Assembly (NCBI RefSeq): GCF_025526975.1 | Contig: NW_026515689.1 | Span: 372,001-436,000, forward strand | Length of the DNA stretch: 64,000 bases | Source of the DNA: Fimicolochytrium jonesii | Lineage: Eukaryota | Reading direction: 5' to 3' | Part shown: positions 40,454 through 49,632 of the stretch, in pieces | Position numbering within the stretch: position 1 is the stretch's first letter | How the letters are laid out: each line of letters opens with the position of its first letter | Notes under the pieces: model-generated | What the model was told of the DNA's origin: nothing | The model's database searches: none | The model's input: the letters and a program-made list of their open reading frames with translations, nothing else | Made by a program: the position numbers and the translations under genes

Positions 40454-41273
40454 TCAAAACCCAAGAAGCCTACTCAGCTGATTATGCATCGCCTTGATAC
40501 TCTCCAATGCCTCATCACACTCTTCTCCCAACTCTTCCCGCATATCCTCCACCGACTCAAACTGCGTCGGATCAAAATCACACACCATAGTTCCATTGCG
40601 GATTGGAACAGCAACTCGTGGAGTCGGCGGTGCTGTGTCGGTTGCATCTTTCCGGGTGTAGGAGCGGAGTGTCATGCGACGCGAGCTGACTGTGGATACG
40701 GAGGCGAGGGAGTCTCGGGTGTCGGTGTTTGTGGATTGTTGTGCTCGTGATGTGGCGGGTGTCTGGGGAAGGTCCTGGCTGAACGTCATCGCTTCGCTCT
40801 GTTTTGGCAGTCGATGTCGGTAATGGTGTTACCTCTCTCCTCCAGAAGGCAAAGACGTACCTGAGATACTGAGGCATTGCTATCCGATTCATAATCCGAC
40901 TCTAGTCTGTCCTTCCCAGCCCTAAAGTCCTTCATTTTCGACGCAAAGAGTTTCTTCTTCCATATTTGCACATCCCCGGCATACTGAGTGACGAAATCGC
41001 CCACAGCGAGCTGGCGCAGCTCCATGGGTAAGCTGACCCAAGCTTCCTCGCAGCGAAGGATGAGATCCTCTTCCAATCGGCGTGTTTCTTCTTCGAATTG
41101 TCGGCGTCGTAGGTCCACTGGGGGGCACACAGGTGACTCAGCATACATGGACCGCAAAACAAACACAACAGCCATAGCTCTACATGCTACATACGTTCTA
41201 CCTCCAGGTTTCTTAAAAGTTCCACTTTCTGAGCGGGTGCTAAAGCACACTCGGCCTGGTTGCTGGCCAACAT
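40454..41273 (-). CDS. Nbl1/Borealin N-terminal domain protein (multi-exon)
   Basis: QKVELLRNLEVE|..RRRQFEEETRRL..LILRCEEAWVSLPMELRQLAVGDFVTQYAGDV resembles the Borealin_N helix set. Confidence 0.6.
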
Positions 41274-42429
41274 CTTGACAAAGGCTTGACGGAATAGTTG
41301 GACCGGGTAACGATATGCCCTTGATGCTGGCTTCCGTACGCGGTCTCGATCGTAAAATACTCCTCACAGTTGAAATGGAGCTGGTCTGTATTGGAGCCGA
41401 CGGATGGTGTTTGGGAAGTTCAAAGCGCAGGCTTGTCCGAATTCAATCCGAGTCTCGATTCATTTTGACAGCGGGGCTACGTAATCATCCTAGGCTCGCG
41501 CGTTGCTGTTCCCACGCGTGAGATCGTAAGCAATTTTGCAAATGTAACTCCGCTTTGGGCAGGCACACGGACCTGCGTGCATCGCAAGATATGCGACTTT
41601 ACTTCTGTATGTTGTACCTTTACGCAGTATTACACTTTCCTTCTCTCTTATAATCCGGCCACAAGGCTGAGACAGTAGGTAAGCTTCTTCCTTCATATCG
41701 GCGCCTGCCGGGGCAACTTTCTTCTTCCCATCAGCCAATCAGTCGCAAAGGCCGGACAACAGGTACGTTCTCCTGTGTAGGTCCAGTGTAGCCCTCGCGC
41801 CCTTTCATCTTTCGTTTCTTCTTCTGATCAATTGCTCGCGTTCTCGGATTCTCCAAGAATGAGCAATGTTTGAGCTTCCCTCACTGCCTCAGGTCGGTGG
41901 CAAGATTCAAACAATGGGTAACATTCCCTTCCCAGGCACGTCAATAACCATTATATGCGCCCCTTTTCCCTCTAACCGTTGATTCTCTTCTTTCTGTTCT
42001 CAGACCCCTCGCGACACTTTTACGGAGGTATGTGCGCCTATCAAATTGACTTTCTTCTCTTTTCTTGCTTATCGTTTTTAGGTCTCGCCTACTCATCCAC
42101 ATAATTGGAGGTAGTGAGCGAGTAACGAGAATATGAGGATATTCGCCGGTCCCAACGACGGGACTTGTTGCGCACAAGACGCATTGGGTGAATAACCTCG
42201 ATCAAAACAATACTTGATGACATCGCGGGATATCAAGGTAAGCCTGCCGAATACTGATTTTCGCTTTTTGTAGGAGTGGGTGTCGACCTCGTTGTGGCAC
42301 GGAAAGGTTTGGCAAGCACGGCAGTTGAGCGCGGTTGACGCCCGACGGTTCAACGCAGAATGGGCATTCCCGTTGGGACGCGGCCATGCGACAGGACGGG
42401 GGGGCACAGCGTTTTGCGAGGTGACTGTA

Positions 42430-42742
42430 CAGTGCTGTTCATAAAGCAAGACCGCTGTCAATTTGATTCACCGGCCCCCTGGACGCGCCTCTCCATATAG
42501 ATCTACGCCTAGTATCTAGTGAATCCTCCTCTAGCTGCTATGACTGCCGCTATACGCCGGGGCATGCTCGACACAAGTTTTTCTAGCACATCTGGCTCAA
42601 TATCCTGAAATGTCTGCTGTGCAATGGCCTCTAGCTGCTCTCGAGATCTCGCTCGGGTTGTCCGGAGCGTCCGGCCGGCGACGCGGTCGAGCACTTCTCT
42701 GACGGCACTGTCAAATGCGGTCTTGCTTTATGAACAGCACTG
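42430..42742 (-). mobile_element. Non-autonomous, internally deleted Tc1-like transposon (313 bp)
   Basis: TA|CAGTGCTGTTCATAAAGCAAGACCGC...GCGGTCTTGCTTTATGAACAGCACTG|TA (26-bp perfect TIR). Retains the Tc1 transposase C-terminus LEKLVSSMPRRIAAVIAARGGFTRY* (42509-42694). Confidence 0.93.
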
Positions 42743-43920
42743 TACACCGCTTACCACTTTTGTCACCATTGGCGCTCTGACGGTTGGTTAGTGGCTTGGG
42801 TTGCTTGCTTGGGGCGGTTTTCAGCACCACGTGCTGGTTGGTGGCAATTGGGTGGCTTATTTGAGGGCAGGCAGTGCCGTGTCCAAAAGCGTTTGACAGG
42901 CGGGCGGTGTGGGGCGCTTTTCCATCTTCAACGACGACTGTTTCTTTGCAATGGCAATGTACTGTACACGCACCACATGTACGAGCGGCGCGGCAACGGA
43001 CGGATGCGCGGGGTCAACATGCCGCGGTGCCGATCAGAGTGCAACCGCTTGATCCTGCCACGCGGACCAACACGTTCGCATGGCAACGTGACGACGCGGA
43101 AACGTTTGGTACGCTGCTGTTTGATTTGGGAATGGCGGTGGCTGCATCTGAGGGTGCGCCAGCGGACGAAGCAAAGCCCACGGAGCTCAGCGAATGTGGT
43201 GGGCGCTTACTCAGGGGGCGGAGTATAATTTTGAGCCTACTGAGAGGCTTGACGAGCGTGACTTGGAATGGTATCAGTCTGAATATGTCTGGAGCAACTC
43301 AGGGGTTTACCTAAGAGAAGACGCAGGGTGTCACTATGGGGCGGTCACGGGCAGGACAAGGATCGGGTCGAGGGCTGGTGGCGCCGCTGGGACCAGCCTT
43401 TGTCAAAGATGATGATCCGCGTAAAGCGGGGCAGTTTATTTCGCCAAAACGTGTGCGGATGGGGCGTCGCTCGCAGGTTGGACGTTCCAGAAGTGGGGCA
43501 ACGAGCGGGCGGTCTCGTTCTCGCGCTCTGCAGTGTCGACATGCTTTGCTATTCCCTATGAAAAACACTGATCCATATCCACCGCAACGAGACATGTGTA
43601 GGCGTGTAGGTGGGTTTCGACGATACTCAGCCTTTACATTGGAAATTCTTTTAGGTGGCCTTTCAGTAGGATGGCTGTTTCACAAGAGGGAGTTTTGGAT
43701 ATCAGGCTGGGCTCGGATCACCCTCCGGACGGCGTAGATAGCCATGCCCGTCAATTTTTGACGAGGGTAGCTTTTAGTCAGTTTCATTCGCAATTATTTT
43801 AGAGGAGGGGTTGGTTTGTGTGAGGATTTCGAGAGTTCCCATCAGAGCCATCCACTGACACACTGGCAGATCGAGCGAGATGGCCTGCGATGATAGAGGT
43901 GAGTGGTTATGCTACGTACT

Positions 43921-44081
43921 ACTCGTTGCAAGCTGAGACGGGTTGTATAAACGTTACGACGAGAACGAGTACCAGATTCCCGGGCTACTCGTTTTAACGG
44001 CGAACTCGTTGTCGTCGCGGGCTGTATAAACTGTCTAATATATATGCTGCTGTCGATTACCGTTGTCTCCAGATCACGTGA
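43921..44081 (+). promoter_or_regulatory. Repeat-rich upstream region of the MNT-HEPN gene, with TATA-like and E-box elements
   Basis: Direct repeat CGGGYTGTATAAAC (43939, 44018), inverted repeat 43957-43970/44004-44017 (13/14), TAATATATAT near 44036, TCACGTGA at 44074. Confidence 0.4.
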
Positions 44082-44284
44082 GAGCTAGCCAATTCGCGTT
44101 ACATTGTTTCGGAGCCTTCTCCTCGTCGGCCGTCTTGGCCTTCGTTGTAAAGGCTGCCGTGACATTCTCTAGAACAGCATCAGTAACCCACTTTGCAAAA
44201 GAACCGCTCATGTCAGTAACGACTCTGCACGTGCAGCAGTGGCCCATTGGTCCAAAGTTTGTTTTCGCCGTCCCGCCAACTTTG

Positions 44285-45125
44285 AGAGTTCGAAAGAGAC
44301 GTCGTTGGAAACTTTGCTGCATTCGTTGCCCCGGCCAAGGACCCGCCTCTTCCCAACCTCGGTGTCCCAGAGTTTGAAGTTGGGAAGCAAGCCGACCCCA
44401 GCGTGCGCCTCCCCCGGCAAGTGTTTCGCTGCCAAATGCACGAAGGTGTCCGGTATTGGCGAGAGCTCTTAGACATCGACACCGTTGAGTTCGGCGCTGA
44501 CGCCGATGCGCAGCTCGTTCTCTCCAATCACACGCCACCGACCAGCGACGCAGAGAGCGATAAAGATACCGACACCACGGTTCCTCCCTTCTCGGATATT
44601 CTGAAAACGATCCGATCATTTCTGATTGCCAGGCCGGGCGTATGGCGCGTTTTGCTTTTCGGTTCCTGTTTGAAAGACCCGAACGTTGCTCGGGATATCG
44701 ACATTTCCATAGAATGTCGCTTCGCTCAAGATCCCAGTGCATTAGTGGATTGGGCAGAGAGTTTGAGTGATCAGGTTGGGAAGCCCGTTGAAGTTATTGA
44801 CTTGGCAGGCTCGTTTAACGACGACATGCTCGCCATCCGCCGGAACGGTCGGTACATCGAACCGCATGGAGGACTATCGGACGACCCAGATTTCAAAAAC
44901 CACCAGGAGCTCATGCTACGCGCTGCACGACGCATGGGTGAGCTACGCGACCAGCTCCATCGTTCGTGGACGGAGACTCTTTTCGCCCCACCGCTGATTC
45001 ACCCGGCCTGGCCAAGTGTCTCGAAATGTTCTACCAGCAGTTTGAGAACTATGCGGAACGCTTTTTGTTTAAGTATAAGAATCTTCCGCGGTCTAACGGG
45101 GGAGAATCGCACAAAGCTATCGTGA
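44285..45125 (+). CDS. Minimal nucleotidyltransferase (MntA/Pol-beta superfamily) domain; middle frame of a frameshifted MNT-HEPN fusion
   Basis: PGVWRVLLFGSCLKDPNVARDIDISIE (GS at 44661, DxD at 44694)...LSDQVGKPVEVIDL...IRRNGRYI matches the prokaryotic MNT antitoxin pattern. Frame open from 44285; no introns. Confidence 0.85.
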
Positions 45126-45361
45126 ATGCCTTCAGAGACGGTGGTGTCGCATATGTCAACAGCGGCGACGTGTTGTCGATTCCTCCCATGCCAAACGACA
45201 CTTGGACTGCGCTCGACGACCTACGCCGTTTTCGTCATTTTTCGCGGAAACAATATGTGGACTATTACACGCCGGAACAGCTGTTCGCCAAGCTGCCCGG
45301 GCTTGACCAAATAGTTCTGTGGACCAGATCGGCCGTTCTCGCTGTTGGACATTCATTTTAG
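44966..45361 (+). CDS. HEPN domain, HepT-like ribonuclease toxin type; C-terminal part of a frameshifted MNT-HEPN fusion
   Basis: LAKCLEMFYQQFENYAERF...GGESHKAIV...TWTALDDLRRFRHFSRKQY...PEQL matches the MNT-associated HepT-like pattern (LxxFYxxxE...H...LDExRRFRHxxRxxY). Confidence 0.8.
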   Translation: MDGDSFRPTADSPGLAKCLEMFYQQFENYAERFLFKYKNLPRSNGGESHKAIVNAFRDGGVAYVNSGDVLSIPPMPNDTWTALDDLRRFRHFSRKQYVDYYTPEQLFAKLPGLDQIVLWTRSAVLAVGHSF

Positions 45362-45544
45362 GGACGGCCATACATCTAGGCCGCTTGCATCCCCTCTGTA
45401 TCTCACCCATGTTTTATGGCGAGCAGTGGTCAGCAATGTTTAAGTCGGAACGAGGACTATAGCATATTGTAAATTTTACAAGTATAACGTCGTTCAAGCT
45501 GTCATGGAAACCACCACCTCTCCACGACTCGATGGGCAGCCGAC

Positions 45545-47033
45545 GATGGTTAGACGACGATGGGCAGCGCAGCGACCACTGGTGGATCGGTAACCGGCTC
45601 GATCTTGTCCCACCGGAGCATCCGATCGCACCATTCGTTTGACACCTTGGTATCCTTGGGGCTGTGCGCGCGCGTCTTAAGGAAAGGGAGTTTGCGTTGA
45701 CCGGAAGGGTCGGGCTTCAAGACCGGATTCATTTCGGGCACATTCTTGAAGGTGCGGGGCACTTCGTCTTTATTGCAGGACTCGTCGTGATACTCTTGAA
45801 GAAGTTGTTTTAACTCGGCAACGACCGCAGGTGGTAAATCTTCGGCAACCTGGAAGGTGCGAGTGCCGACCTTGAGTTGGCGCATGGGTGTAGGGCGTAT
45901 GGATCGCCCAGTGATCGACTCGATAGTGATGCCGACGACTTCGGCGGCTCCGGCAGCGTCTGGTCCGGATGACTTGACTGCCCGCATGCGTGACCTTTCG
46001 ATCAAGACCGCCGGTAATAGCAACCAGTATCCTCCGGGCCTTCCCAGCGCGCGCCCTCAACGCCGCGACCCCGCTTGCTTTCGATGCGGACAATCCGGCC
46101 ATATCTTCCGGGATTGCCAATCAACCACGAAATTGGATACCTGGCGTGGATACCGGTTAGCTGCTGCCTTTTATCCTGACGACGTTCATGAGTACGACGA
46201 AGATCATACCGACTACTATTCAATGGTTCTCCACGATGTGGGCCATTATTACGCGGATCCTGAGGAGTCGGATTTTCCCAATGGGAGCTCGGAGTAGGGG
46301 ACTCCGAACTCCCGCCATACGATCCTCCGGATGATCCCCTCCCCATCACGTTGGCGGTGTTCATGGCCGAAAAGCGAAAAGCCGACGAGATCCCGGAACC
46401 AGCGTCTAAACGATTGAACACCTCGTGCATCCACTACCGTTCCCTCCACGGCCTCCGTTAAAGATGCGCCCCTCTGCTCCTCGTCCTCCTGGCCTTCCGC
46501 CACCGCCGGCACGGTTACCTCCTCGCCAACCGGGTGGTTGTGGAGCTCCCTTGCGTTGTCCCACCATCAAAGTCGGTATGATTCAACACGCCCATGAGTA
46601 CCCCGATGGAGATCGATCCCCGCGAGAAGCCCGGTCAGGCCTCTAAGATGCCGTCGTCATCAACGGTCCCGTCCCGAAAGTCCCCCTCACCACCCCCTCC
46701 GCGTGCCGATTCTCCGTTGGGTGGTGATGACCCGCGCATCCCAGCACCCATTCGGGCGTTGATCGACAAGAAGAACTTCGACATCGTCAACTTCTTGAAT
46801 GAAACGGAAGTCCGCGGCTTAACCCTAGCGGACCTTCTTCAGTGGAGCCCCGCCTTACGCGAACGTCTTCGTGACGCTATGAAACTCGTTCCCAAGGTGC
46901 GCCGCGCTGCGCTGTGCTTTCGAGAGCCGCTGCTAGGGGCCTGGCATCCCGATGCAGAGCCCCCGGATGACACACTCGAGGGACGTCTCGACTTTCATCT
47001 CAAGGCCGACAGTGACCGTCTCCACATCCTTCT
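45545..47033. mobile_element. Degenerate, rearranged Ty3/gypsy LTR-retrotransposon relic
   Basis: Plus strand: gag zinc knuckle CFRCGQSGHIFRDC (~46075) and LADLLQWSPALRERL (pre-protease region). Minus strand 45550-45920: pre-RT/RT start (LKQLLQEYHD...KIEPVTDPPVVAALPIVV). Confidence 0.75.
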
Positions 47034-47284
47034 TGTCGGGGATATCTCATATTCACTTGTATTTCATATTACACTTCTTTACTTCTACACGATCCGAGAC
47101 CCGGGCTGGCCACCCAAGCTCTCGGTCATACATTACATAAGGCGCCAAGCCTCACAGAAGCCACGCAAGCCCCACTGGCAGCCATATATAAAGCTGTCGG
47201 TCGTACTTTTTTCTTCACTTCAATACACTGTTCTCAGCCCTCTCAGAAAGGCCCATTATCGTCTACGTTTCCTCTGACGTTACA
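47034..47284 (+). mobile_element. Solo LTR (251 bp)
   Basis: TGT...ACA termini, perfect 5-bp TSD CTTCT (47029-47033 / 47285-47289), internal TATATAAA near 47185. Confidence 0.82.
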
Positions 47285-47939
47285 CTTCTGCTTATCGATA
47301 TCCATCCTCGCCAGTGCCGCCATGGTCATTATGCCTCGTACGAACGCCGTGTGTACGAACTCCGCTGGCCAAGGCGCCGAATATGATTTGCTAAGGCTGT
47401 GCGAAAGCTACTTGGTCTGACGAATGCAAAACTGGGCTGTTGTACGAATCTTAAATGCTCGCGACGAATGGAAAGTGCAGCCAGGATATGATGACGCGCG
47501 AACTGTGTGCGTAATAAATCATCGAATATTAGGGGGGCTCCGAGATTGAGCTGGGAATGTCTTCTTCGTATCTGTCGAGTCGAACGTCGATCACCGAGAT
47601 TAAAATTTTAAGCAAATCCCAAATTGGGACGCCTGCGCTTTTGCGCACCGTTTGATTACTGTGCACGACCGGGAGGATGATGCATATGCGAACAGACGCA
47701 ACAGCGACCACCGAGGCTTTTTTCGACTTTGGCTGGGCCCCCTGCTGGCTTGTGCAATGGCTCTCGTTAACTCCTCACCCTCGAAGCATCTTCTTCCTCC
47801 CTCGCAACCACACGGTGACAAAAGGGATTCTCGCAGACCACCAACACGTTATATTTGCAACCTCGTGTTAACTCGGAGCTTCAAAACCGGCATCCGGTTC
47901 ACCATCACACGCCAAAAAAAAAGGTGGATTGACAAAGCA

Positions 47940-48584
47940 ATGGCTCGCAACACAAAAGCTTCCAAGCAACCCTCCACCCGCCGCGCTGCATCTTCCCTCT
48001 TGAACCGCACCTCACAAGTGCATGCAGCTGCCCCGCACGCCCCAGCTCGCTCCTCCCACCTTCGCACGAGCTTCTCCGCAGACGCCCTCACCCCCACTCC
48101 CGCCGCCATCCCCGTCGTCACGCCAGACTTGCCCACCCTTCAACCCCCGCGTCGCAACAAGCGCAAGGCGGATATCCCGTGCCGCTCACCCACAGCCTCC
48201 ACCTGCCGTGCCCATTCACACGCGAAGGGCGAAACGGGATACATAGTCGTCCGAATCGACTTTACCGGCAGCGTCCACGTCGTCAGAGCCACGGGCGTTA
48301 ACCTTAACATCCTGAAAAGCGCTCCGGGAGCAAGCACCAGCTTGAAGAGTCGCGCGACAAGCAGCCGGAGTGCGGCGAAACCGACCGATGTCACGCCATA
48401 CGAACTGCGAAGTCGGAGCGGTGGTGTGAGCAAGACGCGTGGAGGTTCCTCCTCTTCCTCCACTAGCCCTACTAGCGCCAGCGCGGAATCGATGGCGGCG
48501 GCTGCGAACGTTAAAGGTGTTTTGAAACACCAGGGAACGGCTTCGCATGGGCATGGGACCAGGGTCACCTTTCGGGGCATTTAA
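47940..48584 (+). CDS. Hypothetical basic S/T/R-rich protein
   Basis: Open frame from ATG 47940 (MARNTKASKQ...) within a 310-codon ORF; no recognisable domain. Confidence 0.35.
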   Translation: MARNTKASKQPSTRRAASSLLNRTSQVHAAAPHAPARSSHLRTSFSADALTPTPAAIPVVTPDLPTLQPPRRNKRKADIPCRSPTASTCRAHSHAKGETGYIVVRIDFTGSVHVVRATGVNLNILKSAPGASTSLKSRATSSRSAAKPTDVTPYELRSRSGGVSKTRGGSSSSSTSPTSASAESMAAAANVKGVLKHQGTASHGHGTRVTFRGI

Positions 48585-49632
48585 ACCCACTCCGATGCTT
48601 ACCGTAGGCCCCCTCCGTCCCCCAGACATAACATTTATATACCCCACAAAAGAGCGGCTCGTACAATATACACAGGATGGTTCTCGCCCCATCAAGGAAA
48701 GAGTAGCATCCGATTTCTTTTCGAGTAGTGACACCTTCGAATGAGACCCACCATATAGCATAGCTGATAGTTGACTCTTCCGTCATCATGCCGGTCTCAA
48801 CAAGATTATTCATTCATTTCATGTATCATCATTTGTTTCATTCCTTTTTGCCAATACGAAAGCTTCCATCTTTCAAAATACTGTGGCGATTTTTTTTCTC
48901 TTGATAAAAATCGACTTTTGGCGTACGCACCGTCTCACAAGATACCCAAAGTTGCAGAAAGCACGCTGGTCCCTGGTATCAGGCATGGCAACTAGACGAT
49001 GCCGCATGTTCAGCTGAAGGAGTCATTATGCTCGTTGCGCGAAGCTCTAAGAAATCAAGCGGTCCGGACGCTACCCATCTACGAACCCCTGCCGCAGGCC
49101 GTACACGTCCAGATTTCTTCAGGATGCATACGAGAGCCATATAGGGCACTACTCACGTCCTCTGTCCCATCCATTTGCCTTTGCATTCGGGAGCGTCCGG
49201 AGAGCTAGGTTCACGTTTCCTCGTGGGCGAAAGTGAAGAATTGTCTTACGCGTTGCGCAGACGCGTAAAGCGAAGTTGAGTATTCACGGAATCACGGAGT
49301 TCCCGCTTCCATTTGCCATGAGCCTTTCGCATCCTTCGTCTCAACTTCTCGCGATAGCTACAGGTGGTGGAGATTTATTTTTCTTGCGTTTGGGATGAGC
49401 GGTCAGAACACTTGTGGTGATTTTCCCCACTGGTGATACCAAGCTCCATCGTCGTTCGCATCAGCCGCTGACCGATAAACCATGATGGATATCGATATCC
49501 GCCGTATTTCTATGAGGAGACATCGCAGGGGTATGAAATGTTATATACGTGTGATAAGAATGCATCTACATGTCTAAATGACGCCTACGCGACTAAGATC
49601 CATACTGCCGCCCCACATCCCCTTCAAGTCCA

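Noticed and set aside
43921..44031. Repeats upstream of MNT-HEPN as a mini CRISPR array
   Set aside because: Only two 14-bp direct repeats, no regular repeat-spacer period, no cas genes.
44960..45000. Programmed -1 frameshift between MNT and HEPN
   Set aside because: No canonical slippery heptamer in the right phase, and a second upstream frameshift exists; mutation or sequencing error is simpler.
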